64,000 nt of DNA, taken from NCBI GenBank assembly GCA_000091205.1, contig AP006496.2; one strand, written 5' to 3'. The notes below the pieces were generated by a model. That model was not told where the DNA came from. It searched no databases and worked only from the letters and a program-made list of their open reading frames with translations. The DNA is from Cyanidioschyzon merolae. Its lineage: Eukaryota. Shown in pieces: positions 24,601 to 36,729 of the stretch. Positions within the stretch are counted from its first letter, which is position 1. Each line of letters begins with the position of its first letter. The position numbers and the translations under genes are program-made.

Positions 24601-27519
24601 CGCCGGTCGGTGTGTATCTGGGCTGCTTTCACCGGTTGGGATCGACAAGGTTTGAAGCTCGCGCTCCGGACACAGTGTTGTTGTTGTTGTTGTTGCTGCT
24701 GCTGCTGCTGCTGCCGCCGACGCACAGGTCTCAGCAGGGTGCGCTGCCTCGAGAGGCGCACTATCAGCCCAGTTCGTTGGTCTCGCACTACTGGTGCTGT
24801 CAGCTGGAGGCAGGAAAATCTCATCGAGATAGGTGCTTTTGGCAGGTGACGCCGCACAAGCCCTAGTTAAATCCAGGAGTACTTGGGCCAGAGCGGGTTC
24901 ACCTTCCAGGTACGGTCCCAGCACAGCAAATGCCGTACCTAGGTGCGGTGCGGCGCGCTCCCAGCCCAGCTGCTCGAGGAACGTAACCCAGCACTGAATG
25001 ACCAACGCATGGAGTCGCAGGTCAGGGATCTCTAACGCATTCTTCAGCGTCGCCAGAACCTTGGGCACAAATAAATGAAGCTCTGGTGCGATGACCTTAA
25101 ACAGCAGGTCCAATATACGAATCGCCTGGTGATCCTGTCGCCTGAAGATGCGGCGATTCAAAGCGTCGAGGATCCGGAGAAGATCGTGCGCGATGAGCGT
25201 CACCGTGTCCCTGGCGTCAACCAGAATCGCCAACTCGTCGAGCGCGTCTCGAACAACCGCCTCCGGTCTGGTATCCAACGCTGTCAGAAGACGAAGGATA
25301 ACGCGTGTGGTATAGGTGCGAGCAATGTCATGAATCGTCGATCCGGTGTATGTTGCGAGCAGCGCAAAAGCCTTGTCGCGCTTGACTCGATTCGAGAGCA
25401 GCAGAGAATCGGCGAGAGCCTGGACTTGCTCTTCGATGCCCAGGGCTGCAGCTGCTGCCGATACGCGAGCCGAGAGTGCTTCCAAGTTACGCTCATGGAT
25501 GTGGCTGACGAGAAAAGCAAACGAACAACGATAAACAAATGTGAACACCGCGTCCGAGTCGGATAGCTGTAACCAGCTCTGCAAGAGATCTGCTAGCTCC
25601 TCGTGATGCAGCAGCTGGTGCAGCAGAAGCGGAAAGAGTCGCGGGCCCTGCTCACCGAGCAGTCGCGACACGTGGTGTGGGCTCGCAGTGCGCTCCAGCT
25701 CCCAGGAGATCTGATCTATGGCGGGTACTGTAACGCTCTGCGGACTTCGCCTCCGACGACGCCGTTCCAGGGTGCTCGCTTGCTCAATGAGCGCCGCCAA
25801 AGCCACGGTAGCCAGTCGCGAACAAGCGTTGCGAGCGATCACGCCGAGTGCTTGAATGAATCGCCAGTCACCAAGGGATGCATGCATGGCCTGGTCCAGC
25901 TCCTGGACGAGTACCATCACGACAGGAGCATGCTCATCGCCACAACAGTGTTGAATGAGTGTCGCGAGAACCCGCATGACGCAAGCTGTATCCGGCGACA
26001 GCGCTGCTGCCGGTGCTCGCCATGCCCACGAAATACATCTCGCCAGAAACGGAGCTAGACGCTCATCGAGAAGCATCCGCTGCGCAGCTGCACGTTCCTG
26101 GGTATGCAGGAGAAGCGCGAGCAAGCGCATCTGTGGCCAGCTTGGCTCTGCGAGGGTTATCGTCTTGTGAATGAGCGTGTCCACGACATCAGGCGGCATC
26201 TTACGGGGACGGATCGACCCGATGAGCTCTGCTGCGAACGTCAAATGATCCAGAATTCGTTCAGGGTCCACGTATGCGGCACCGGTTCCAGTGATGCAGA
26301 GCCATCGGGCGAGATGGGGCGCCAGGGCCGGATCCTGTCTGAGTTTTGCGACAAACTCACCGAATTGACGATGCTCGTCAGCGCTTTCAGGTTGGACTAG
26401 CCATGGAATGCAGGCTACAGTCGATACTGCGGATATCGTGTGATCAGCTGTAGATGCATTCTCCTGTGCAGCACGTGCAGCGACTGCAAGTCGAGCAGAA
26501 AACGGTGCATGTCTGCCGGCTGCAAATAACGCACCGTAGCGCGCAGCTGCTGGTCGTTCAGCGTCGATCGATGCCGCAAGGACTCGTCCAGCGATGACGG
26601 CAGTCTGGTCGGGGCCCTCGCATGTACGGAGGAGAAGCAGCAGCGCTGCGAGCAGTAGCCAGTGCTCGCCAGCGGCTGCTGCATCGATGTACTCGTTGAG
26701 CGTCTCCCGCCATCCGCTGCATTTGGACCGCTTCGGACCACTGCGTTCGCATTCGATGCTTATCGTGGACGCCGTGGGAGCCCGACTCCTGGTCGCCCGG
26801 GAATCAGGCGGAGCTTCATTGCTCTGCCCTTGAGGAATGCTCGATCCAGGATCGCAGAGGCTCTGGACCACAATCCACAGCGACTTTTCGATCTCCACTA
26901 TATAATGGAATGGGGAGCGCTGCATCACCTGTTGCAGAATGAGGAGCGCATCATCGCTGCATCCGGTCAGAGCGAGGATATACACGCGGTCGAGCCAGCG
27001 TCTCACATCCTCGGCACTGCTGAGTGCGCCGGTTGCGAGTTCCAGTTGCCAGACCCTAAGATCCTCTTGCTTGCGAAATGACGCGGCACGCTCCAGTTGA
27101 ACATGACCAAGAACATTACACCAGATGGTTTCCAGCTCGGGAGCTACGACTGTCTCGTGCCGATTTTTGTGCCAACGCTGAAAGAGCGCCTCCAGCGAGC
27201 GCCAGTCGGCGATCGTAGCGCGGCGAGCGAGCACCCATAACAACGGGGCCAAGACGCGACGTAGCGTCGCTTCAGATTCCAAAATATCGGCAATCTGTTC
27301 ACAGGAACGGCCAAGACTTGCTGGGAAGAATTCCACTGGACACTTACTCGCAGATTCACGCAAGACGGGCAGCGCAACCTGCTCCAGAGAGCTAGCGCCC
27401 GCTGTAGAGCCCGCTGTCTGCTTCTGCAAGGTCGAAAGCACGTGCTCTAATAAACTTGCAAGGTAGGTGCCCACCTGCTCGTTGCGAACACCAACTGAAG
27501 TCTCCAACGACGCTGCCAT
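18694..27519 (-). CDS. ATR: PI3K-related protein kinase, ATR/Mec1/Rad3 type (2941 aa)
   Basis: C-terminal catalytic region reads [53 protein letters not shown]...LLSVLETFLHDPLLDW (the DRH Asp codon is at 19354..19356). This matches ATR ([21 protein letters not shown]) better than ATM or TOR as recalled. The FATC-like end is LVAEATSARNLARMYIWWLPHV. A long helical FAT/HEAT N-terminal part carries many homopolymer inserts. Confidence 0.85.
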
Positions 27520-29474
27520 GAATAGGTTACCCTGGTATCAACGGACGCGTCCAAGGAGGCCTATGGCGTCACAGAGCTTCCCCAGAGGCAGCGTTTCTCC
27601 CCCCGTGGAAGCAACCCGAACAGACGCGAGTCCGTGCCGCTCCGACTCGTTTCGCGCCATGGATCGAGCGCTCGCATGTGAGGCATCGATGGCTGGGAAT
27701 GAATAGGGAGGATATTGTATTTGATTGTATAATGGTGGACTCTGAGGACAGTGCATGCATGATCGCGAACGGCAGCGGCACATGCGCACGCATTCGCGTT
27801 CCTTGAATGAAGTTCGAGGATGGAGGAGCTCGTACGGCACCACAACGTTGTTTTGTCTGGCGTACAGCAAGTATGGCTGTGGCGCAGTTGTCGTTGTGGC
27901 GGGCCCGCTGCTCTACGGATCGGTGGATAATGCGAACGGCCAGTCTTGGTGGGAAGGCTGCTCTGTCTTCAGGGGAGCTCCGAAGCGTCGGGAGCTGAAC
28001 GAAGATCGCTCTCGCTGACTGCGGATACAAACTGATTAGAACAAGTTCGGAACGAGTACACTGTGCAAACAAGGACGTACACCCAAAGGTTTTCGTGTAT
28101 TCCTACTGTCGCCAGCAGAAGACCTTGCGGGCGTTTTCTACGACTGCTCCTTTTCTGTCTCTGTGATCTCGGGGTTTCAAATCGCTGGGCACTCCTTTCG
28201 TTCCAGCCTTCTTGGTTACAGTCGAAGGACGTTAATGACAGCGGTTGTGTACTGATTTCGTTGTTCCAGGATGTCGCGGGCGCAGGTAATTCCCATCGTT
28301 TTCGGACGCAGCCTTTGTGCGCACGCCGCAGTGGTTGCGCTTCACTGTGGTAAAGCGTTCCCGGATGCGCGCTGCATTTTCTCCTCCGAGGGCCGAGGCC
28401 TGCCCTGTGGCGCGTCAAGGCAGGCTTTATCGCTCGGTACACGCCCTTGGTGGATGCAGAAGGCACGGTTCGATGCCCTGCTCCGTTGCCGTGCCCGCTG
28501 CCTTACCCGATCATCGTGGGCTTCTTCTGGGCGATATCCTCGGCGAGTACGCTGTCCTCTAGATGCACAGGCGTGCGCTAATCAGCTCAATAGCTCAACA
28601 TCCGCTTCCTAGCGCGCCTTTTGTTTTCTGCAGACGCCGCCCAGAAAACTTGTCGATGGGCGCAACACGCCTCAAGATACGTAAGCCAGTCTTCGGTATT
28701 GTATCCACGTGTACAAGTCGACTGCGATAATTCAGCCGCAGCTTTTGGTACATTCGTCTGTTTCGCTCGCAGGCTTATCGGAATATGCTTTCAATTCGCA
28801 CACTCTGCTGAGACGAAGATAAGAGGCGTGCGAGTAGAAGCTACCGCTGTGGCGGGAAGGCGCAGGGCTCGAACCTCGTGCCTCCAGAGCATCGGCGATA
28901 ACCACAGGGAGGTTGCAATGCGCTTTGGGGCTCACGGAAAGCGCAAGTGTTGAGGTTCGCGCTCCGTGGGTCCAGGCTGATGCAGATCGCATTGGGGAGC
29001 ACCTTCTCGCGGCCATGCATCGGTGTTGATCGTTGTTCCGCCGCGTAAGACCTCAGATATTGAGCAGGGCTTGGTTTGAGCGCTGACGATGGTGTGAAGC
29101 ATGTGTATGACGTTCGAAGTTGAAGTTGAAGTTGATGATGATGATGATGATGCTGGATGCGCGAACGCTGTCAGTCTCGTTGAAAGTCACCATGTGTTTT
29201 CGTCGTGGAGCAAACCTTGCTTTCCACCTCTCTTCCTTCACAATCACATTTATCGATCACGAGAGAGGTATCATGATGCTGTCGAATGCACTCGCATCGA
29301 TGCCAGAGACGCAGGAGTTTGTGCACCGAACGGAATCGAGCATTTGGCGTGCGAAGTTTTAGTGAACGCGCCGCATAAATATGGAATAAATTCGTCAAGG
29401 TTCGAGCTCGCTTATTCTCCCTCGTCAATAATGCGGCACGAAAAGCCTGTCTCATGAGATACCTTGAATCAGGG

Positions 29475-29705
29475 AGATCGAAAACGTGAAGCGTGCGAGA
29501 TTCGAGCTCGCCATACGTAACAAAGGAGCAGCATGGAGGCTTGAACGCCTATATTGGATAATGATATCGGTGATGTTGCGAACTCTGGTTCGGGACGTCG
29601 TGATTCATCTTGATTTCGGTGTCGCAAAGCATACCAGTAGCAGAGCGCTGGGAAAGCCTCCGAAATCACGCCCGAGAATCCTAAAACCACGTTTGAATCT
29701 GTAAG
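29475..29705 (+). repeat. Diverged element E, copy 3
   Basis: Aligns with E1 and E2. The plus frame reads DVVIHLDFGVAKHTSSR, the copy closest to the copia-type protease motif (LDSGASxHxT). Confidence 0.65.
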
Positions 29706-29977
29706 TGCTCATTGCTGCGTTGGGAGTGTCGAGACAGTGCATCGAAAGCAAGTTCAAAAAACTATTCTCAATCCAGGAGCAAAGCGAGCAGTTTAATGCT
29801 CTATTTTCATGTCAATCGGGTGCAGCGCTCACGCAGCAGGAGCATTACGATACCCGGCGCATCGATGCCGTTGTGAAGGAGAGAAGAACCTTGCACAAAC
29901 TTGGATGGCGTATGCGCATCCAACAATTCATGAGCTCCTTCGCTCCCGCATGCCGTAAACTGTTGCCGTCGACGGGT

Positions 29978-30184
29978 ATGCCCGGTGTCGGCTGGCGAGA
30001 GTACGTGATCCTCTACGGTGCTGCGTTCAGTTCGCTTCTTGCGGGAGCTTCTCTTGTGCATAACTGGTTGCGCCCAGACTTGACCCTGCCGAACCTGGCG
30101 GCAACAGTGACCCGAGACGCTGCTGGAGCCGTCAAGCGGACGCGGGCCCAGGAACCTCGGGCTGACACAAACGTGACGCCGTGA
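29978..30184 (+). CDS. Brawnin/UQCC6-like single-pass mitochondrial microprotein (68 aa)
   Basis: MPGVGWREYVILYGAAFSSLLAGASLVHNWLRPDLTLPNL aligns with my recollection of human UQCC6/C12orf73 (MPAGVPMSTYLKMFAASLLAMCAGAEVVHRYYRPDLTIPEIP). The track ORF begins at GTG 29705. Alternative upstream ATGs lie at 29912 and 29930. Confidence 0.6.
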   Translation: MPGVGWREYVILYGAAFSSLLAGASLVHNWLRPDLTLPNLAATVTRDAAGAVKRTRAQEPRADTNVTP

Positions 30185-33100
30185 GGTGCGTCTCCCAGCG
30201 ACAGCGACCGGCGTGAGGGATTCAAGCTGTCACCAGGTCGTGTGCGAAAACAAGTTCTCGAAACAAGCGGAGGTCTAGCGTTCGGTTTTGGGCGCGGAAA
30301 CTATGTGTTTCGGCATGCGCCCAACTGTATTCAGGACTAGCGAAGGACGAAACATTAGAATCGTTCATGAATCGCCGAGGTGAATCGCGTTCGATGAACG
30401 TGGAGAGTGGTCTGGACTTTGCGGACTGCTGAACCGTATCATACTCGTGCTTTGGTACCAGCCGGACTCCAATGCATGCTCTCTTGGCCACTGGTTTTCT
30501 ATCAGAAATATTCTTCGTTTCAGTACCATACCCCCGCTGGGCACGAAACGATATCCCGGAACGGACTTTCGACATAGAGCCGTTGGACGATATAAACCAC
30601 GAGATATTTCCGAACGTTGACTGAAGCGTTCAAGTCTCTGTTCAGTACGCGCTTCCGCGCATTGTCGCTGGTGGAATCACACCGCAGCAATGCGCTCATC
30701 TTCCATTACCTCGCCATCTGACACTCGGTTAACGTATCGTACAGCATCTCGTAGAACTGTCTCTGTTTCACGCTCTTCTTGTCTACCGGTTTCAGCGTGC
30801 ATGTGTCGAGATGACGCGTATGTCTCGTCCTGAACTGATTCGCGAGCATCGTACGGAATCGATTCCTGCGTTCGTTGCACGCTGCCGTCGAGAGAGCAGG
30901 ACTACAGCCCTTGCTCTGGAAAGCGAGCCCAGTGTCATCGGATACCCGAAGAACGACGCGACTTGTCGACCGTTTCCATTCTCAACGCATCCAACAAGTT
31001 GGCGAATGCATGGTTCTTGCTTCCGTAGAATAGAAACGACTGGCGACCTCAGCGCGCGGTCTGTTGTACCGTGTGCCAACCATCGATCGCATGAGCCGCT
31101 TGGACGCTGCTGTGCACTCAGCATGAAGTGTACAAAGCGTCCTGCTCTGCTCGATACGGTGCAGAGGGTGTGGTGACGGGTCCTGACGCAATCCATCCAT
31201 TTGCTGGTGTGCATTCTGATGTCTATGATGCCCGACGTGCGCTTATACCGAGCACTGGAAAAGTTTCGCAGATGCATTCACTTCCGATTGGGTCGTTGTC
31301 TCCGTCGTCTCGACTGACTGACACATCGACGGGCGTGACGTCCCTCATTCGGACGTCGACGACGACCAACAAATCTTTCTCTTGACCTGCCTTGGACGGT
31401 TGAAAATGAGTCTCATTGCGCGACTCTGAACCAGGTTTTGCAAAGTGCATGCAGATGGATGTTGCGGCGTCGTCCGTGCTCGAGACAGTTTTTCTCCACG
31501 CTCTACTGGTAAACGAGAATCCTTGAACGAGCTTCGCCAATGCGCCACGTCGCGTTGGTCGAATGCTGGTTGCTTGCACACAGAAACCAGCTATTGATCG
31601 CTGAAGAGGTCGTACATTACCGTGCACAATTGTCTTTGGTGATAGCATATGCCTTGGAATGACTGATCGCGATCATGACGTATAGACGCTAGAGGAGACA
31701 CCGATGCTGGGATTCGGGGAGCGAGTCTGCATTGGCCTGGACGGCACTGTTCCCGAAAACGCAGTAATGCGAGATGTATGCAAGGCAGGCATCACGTTTC
31801 CGTCACAATTTGGATATGACGTGGGTTGGTCCAAGGCCCAGAGAGCAACACGACAACCTTGGACGATCTGGAAGGACGCCTGCTCGTGTTGCGATATCTT
31901 TTGCGAGTGCGCCAGCGCTTCGAACGCGTATGTCACCAGCTCAACATATGCCTCCATCGACACCGCGAGTATCCCTTCTGTCAGTGTCCAATGATCCCGG
32001 CCAGTGAGATGAGTCTACTAGGGGTAAAAAGCCCACAGGGCGTGCCCCGTGAAGCGCTCCACATTGGCTCGCATATGCTTTTGGTTTTCAGAATGCTTCG
32101 ATACTTTGTCGCATCTATCCTGCGGTTAGGACGGTCACAGACGTGGCAACGCGACGCGACAAGGCATTCTGGCACGTGTGTGTTTTTTTTTGCGATCCCT
32201 GCTCCGACGATCACGCCATTCTGCATCCTCTGCCCGGGGTATATGTTGTGTCGTCGTACGAAGGTTTGATCGAAGAATTCCACAGGAGCGAGGACAACTG
32301 GCACCTATGCGTACGGATCTCGTGAGGAAACTTCCTCGACGAGGTGCGTCAAGACGTGCAAAGCGAGGTAAACCCTCGTCAACGGACAAACCGAGCGATC
32401 TCCAATAGCGTCCGGCATATCTTTTTGGAAGATTTGTCCTGGCGCTACGTCCTCGTAGAAAAGCTTTTACAACGGTTTCAGGTTGATCTCCCGGCTCGGA
32501 AAGTTTCTCGTTTCGGTACCTTCTCGTCCTCTTTTCGGGAGGATTTCTCCTTTTCATCCGATGACTCCTTCTCCATTTCGTTTCTTTCGCGATGTGGCAT
32601 GGATGCGATTGTTGTACTCCATACCTGGTTTCTGTCGGGATTCAGATGCGCTGGATTACGGGTGATACCAGGATCCGCATTCTCTATGTATGTATCTACT
32701 ATTCCTCAGATAACTTTTGGTGAACTTCTCCGTCGCGAGCTTCTCTGCAGGCCGACAAAGGCATTGCCACCACCCGATGCGCACGAACTGTAGCGTCACA
32801 GCGCAGTTGAGGGCCGGTCAAGGTAGAGAACTACCTGCCAAGCAGCAATTCATCGAAAACCTTTCGTTTCACGGATGCAAACGACTCGTCTAGCGTTTCA
32901 TGGCCGTAACTACGGTATCAAACAGCAGAGAAGACGCTTTCGTCTGGATTGAATCAGGGGAACACGACGACGCGAAGAGCAACAGAACACCAATCATAGC
33001 TGCGTACTCCTTTATTGCTTTGGTTGATCCAAAGCGAAGTTCTCTAATAGGTGGACAGAGGAATGCGGGAAGAGGAAGCTACGAAGAGTGCCAACACGAG

Positions 33101-34823
33101 GGTTAAGATGCTGAAGGATCCTGACCGTTTGGCGATGTTTGGGCGACCAGACCAGGGCGTCGCCGTATGGCTGACGTTGTCGTCATACTCGCTTCTCGCT
33201 TCTATGCGAGCACCAGCTTAGTCCTCTCTGCGCACTCGCATACAGATCTACCATTTCTCCCAAATAAAGCCTCATGAATGTAGGTGAACACCTGGCCCTC
33301 CAGTGCCAAGCGTTCGCATTTCACCAGGATATCGATCGTGCGTTATTCAACGCGTGACGCGTCTAGCGTAGAAATCTGTGTTGTTCTCGGTCCGATAGGG
33401 TGTCTTCATCACTGTCCGCAATAGCGGTCCGGATGCTTCACATCCTGTGGCTTCTTCTATAGTGCTTCCTGGGGAAATCAAGGCATGGATTGGATTGACG
33501 AGAACATAGTCGTTCAGATAGGGTTCGCCAGGTTCTGTCGTGGACGCAAAATGTTAATATTAGGGATCAGGAGAGCGGCGGCTCACCTAGCCGATGAACT
33601 ATGAACGACTGATTGATGAATGAGCGACCGTTTGAGGCATGCTAGCAGCGACAAAGTCAAGTCTTTATGGCACCTTCCTTCAATCTGCAGGTTACATTCT
33701 TTTTGTTGAATAGATACGAAAAAAATAAACAAAAATAAAAACAGGTGTGTGAGTACGGGTGTTCCAGAACCCACTGCTCAGAGTCTAACGTCTCCGGATT
33801 TCGCAGCAGAGCGCATGAGGTAGCGTGCACCCTCGGGCCCATTTCCTCGGTAACGATCATGACCTGAATAGGCGGCAAGCGTCGCAGAGCTTCGGTGCGC
33901 AGTGGCAGTGGGTCGCAAGCTCTGCGTTTACAGAGCATGCATCCAGCTTCAAAACGTTGAATGCCGGTCAGTTTTTCTGGATTTTCACCACGTCGCTCTC
34001 GCTTAACATAGACTGGAGGGAAGGAATTCGTCGACGTGGCGTACCGCGTGCACGACATAGCGTCAGCGGGGCTTTGCATTGCGCACTGCAGAGCCGGCTC
34101 TTCGGGCACCTATTTCGCTTCCACGAACTGCGTCATTCGTGCGACCGGGTTGGCGTCGAGGGCGCGCTCGCTTTCGAAACCCCATGGTTTCGAGCCGCTC
34201 GCGAGAAGCGACAGCTCGGTGAGCACACTCTAAAAGACCGCTGTTGCAACGAGACGGGTCGGTTTCCTTTGAAAACTTCACGGCACTGGGTCGTCAACAC
34301 GCGTACAGCCGGGGCTCTGGGTTACGGCACTGAGGTAAAACCTGTGACTTGCATATGGTCGACGTATTTGATCCCTGATCCAGATCCATAAAACTGTGTA
34401 ATCCAGGACGTAGTACTCCCGTTCCAGAAGAGCCCCGCAACTCCACTTTCAGAGAGCGATGCAACCAAACACCGCGCCGCTGCATACCGTTAACCTAGCA
34501 GGCTCCTTCGTTAACGAGGCACCAAAAAGGCAAAGACGAGCACCGCCACAGAGTCCCAGAGACTCTATGCAATATCTCTTGCCTCCAAGCGCAAGGCTAG
34601 GGGGGCTTGAGAACGCCCGAACAACGGCGTGCAGGGTCCATTGCCCCAGACAAACACGTGCCCGCAAAATCCGGTCCCAATAATAGACACAACGTGATAG
34701 CGTCAGTGCAATGTACAATGTATGGAGGCTTGAGTCCGCCAGTCGGAAACCGCATACATTGCCAGAAGAGCCTACGTGTTTCCGTGAGCAGTTGGTGCAC
34801 CGCCTGCGATACGAGGCGCGCCG

Positions 34824-35264
34824 ATGCCCACTCGAAGCGCGCGCGCGCGCGCAGGCACGCCGCCTCGTCTGATAAGAGACTCTTCGTCGTCTGCCGCGGC
34901 TTTGTTGAGTGTTATTCTCCTGTACGCAGCTCTTGCTCCAGTGGGTACAGGCGCGACGCATACCATGTCAGGTTCGCTATGGAAACAACTGCTTACGCGC
35001 GGTAGCTCCTGGATAGAACCTTCAGCGTCTCCCGAGGCGTGGGAAACGACAGCTGAACTTCGCAGGAAGCTTCTGTACACACACCTAAACGCTTTGCCAG
35101 CTCGTTGGCAGGCCGCACAGAACGAGTTCAGGGCGCTGCTGGACAAGATGCGCGCGAAGCAGGTCACCGTCGAAGAGGCCGGGTGGTTCGGCGTGCGCTG
35201 TGTTGAGCTGTATGCATTCTATTGTTTGGGGGTCGTGATCGGGGCGCGCTCCCTCCAGCCGTGA
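34824..35264 (+). CDS. ATP synthase subunit g-like protein (mitochondrial Fo)
   Basis: The C-terminus KQVTVEEAGWFGVRCVELYAFYCLGVVIGARSLQP resembles the subunit-g signature (LTVKEA..NG....EV..WFYVGEIIGKR). The conserved part starts at internal ATG 34965 (MSGSLWKQ..., 99 aa). The Arg-rich extension from ATG 34824 may or may not be translated. Confidence 0.5.
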   Translation: MPTRSARARAGTPPRLIRDSSSSAAALLSVILLYAALAPVGTGATHTMSGSLWKQLLTRGSSWIEPSASPEAWETTAELRRKLLYTHLNALPARWQAAQNEFRALLDKMRAKQVTVEEAGWFGVRCVELYAFYCLGVVIGARSLQP

Positions 35265-35693
35265 GCACCGGCTGCGCCGGCCCCACGACTGTGCAGCGCT
35301 CTATAGCCTGGGGTCCGTGACACGCACCGTGCCCCGATCAATTTGCTTCTGAGTCTACAGGCGCGAGTATGCGTGCGGAAGGTCTTTTTGATTCAGAGTT
35401 TTACGAGGATGACCTGGGTATGATCATACGAGATAAAGTGTGCAGCGGGTCCTGCGTTGGAGGCCCTCTCATCCACCTGAATCCAGCTTCATGGTGAGCT
35501 CCGGCTCGCGCGGGGCGTTGCCCACAAGCACGCGTGCGCACTTCGTGCATGCCTCTCGGTTAGACGTTGTAAAACAGATCAATACCGCAATGATGGCGTC
35601 CATGATTGTACGCAGCAGAGCGATCATGCCGATGCGCTATCTGCCGCACCAGGAACGTTACCGTTGACGGGGATACGTTGTTCGCATCCTCTA

Positions 35694-36311
35694 TCACGCA
35701 TGTGCCATGCGCCTCCTTGGTGTTTTCGCACCGCCCGGTGTGCGCCTCTCTCGACTAGTGCTGCGCGCACGCTGCGGCCGTTGGAAACGTTTCCTGAGCC
35801 CCTGGTCCAGGCCGAGGAACGCCAGCACCTCCACGAAAACAAAGAGCGGTGCGCTCGCAAACGCCTGAATGAGGTTATCCAGCAGCGCCGGGCGACGTTT
35901 CTCCAGCCATTCATGAGCAGCAAACTGAGCAGACCACCCCAGCAACTGGATGACGAGAAACGCAGACCAAACGACCTGTGCGTCAGGGGCGCGAAGCAGA
36001 AGCGCTCTGCCCGCAAGGTACAGAGGCAGGACCATCACTAGCGCTGCACTTGCTCCCAGAAGCGGCGAAAGCACGATATAATACAGCGCATAGGCTACAG
36101 CGACTATCAGTCCGAGATCGAGCTTCACACCACCGAGCGAAACGCGCCACTGCGCTAGCGCTGCTAGCGCACTGCCAAGCAGCAACGGAACGAACACCAC
36201 GTGGACCAACTGATTGACAGGGTGCGCGTGATATTTTAGATAAAATCCATACTGTTCAGCAAAGTCAAGACTTAAGACTGCTGCTGTATGTCGCTTCCGC
36301 TCCCCCGTCAT
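35694..36311 (-). CDS. MPO1/YGL010w-like (DUF962) membrane protein, putative 2-hydroxy fatty-acid dioxygenase family
   Basis: 205-aa ORF with ATG at 36311. Motifs are FYLKYHAHPVNQLVHVVFVPLL and HEWLEKRRPALLDNLIQAFASAPLFVFVEVL, plus several hydrophobic helices, as recalled for the DUF962/Mpo1 family. Confidence 0.7.
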   Translation of the reverse strand: MTGERKRHTAAVLSLDFAEQYGFYLKYHAHPVNQLVHVVFVPLLLGSALAALAQWRVSLGGVKLDLGLIVAVAYALYYIVLSPLLGASAALVMVLPLYLAGRALLLRAPDAQVVWSAFLVIQLLGWSAQFAAHEWLEKRRPALLDNLIQAFASAPLFVFVEVLAFLGLDQGLRKRFQRPQRARSTSRERRTPGGAKTPRRRMAHA

Positions 36312-36480
36312 GGTTCACGGAACTGTCGTGTGTGCTGTTCTGGAAGTCAACAAGCAGCCGCTTATTCAGAACGTTCCTGGTACGCGAATTGCGCGCAGAG
36401 CGCACTGCACGTGCGCGATCGCAGATTTTTCTCGATTTGCAAAAACTTTTACGTAGACCATGGATCCCAGATTGTGGGAT

Positions 36481-36593
36481 GCATTGGCATTGGCATTGGC
36501 ATTGGCATTGGCATTGGCATTGACATTGGCATTGGCATTGGCATTGGCATTGGCATTGACATTGGCATTGGCATTGGCATTGGCATTGACATT
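36481..36593. repeat. Hexanucleotide array (GCATTG)n with periodic ACATTG variants (~19 units)
   Basis: Read directly: 7 GCATTG, ACATTG, 5 GCATTG, ACATTG, 4 GCATTG, ACATTC. It lies ~170 bp upstream of the MPO1-like ATG. All three frames give dipeptide repeats (CQ, AN, GI), so it is probably non-coding. Confidence 0.95.
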
Positions 36594-36729
36594 CGGGAAA
36601 GCGTCCATCATGTTGCGACACCCTACTTCCAAGTTCCATGACCCATACTTCCTCTTTGGTATACTGGTCGTTTCGTATGTTCTATCGTGCGCCGAGTACC
36701 TGCTTTGAACCCCAGCACAAGCACCGCTA

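Noticed and set aside
29497-29525. tRNA-like T-arm (gcgag-attcgag-ctcgc); also gggctcgaacctcgtgcc at ~28865 on the opposite strand
   Set aside because: I could not build acceptor, D and anticodon arms around either site. The first lies inside the E3 repeat alignment. A dedicated scan that allows intron-containing or permuted tRNAs would be needed to settle it.
33690-33750. Short AT-rich patch (aaaaaataaacaaaaataaaaaca) as a possible centromere or origin signal
   Set aside because: It spans only a few tens of bp, and the surrounding sequence returns to normal composition. That is too little to support any call.
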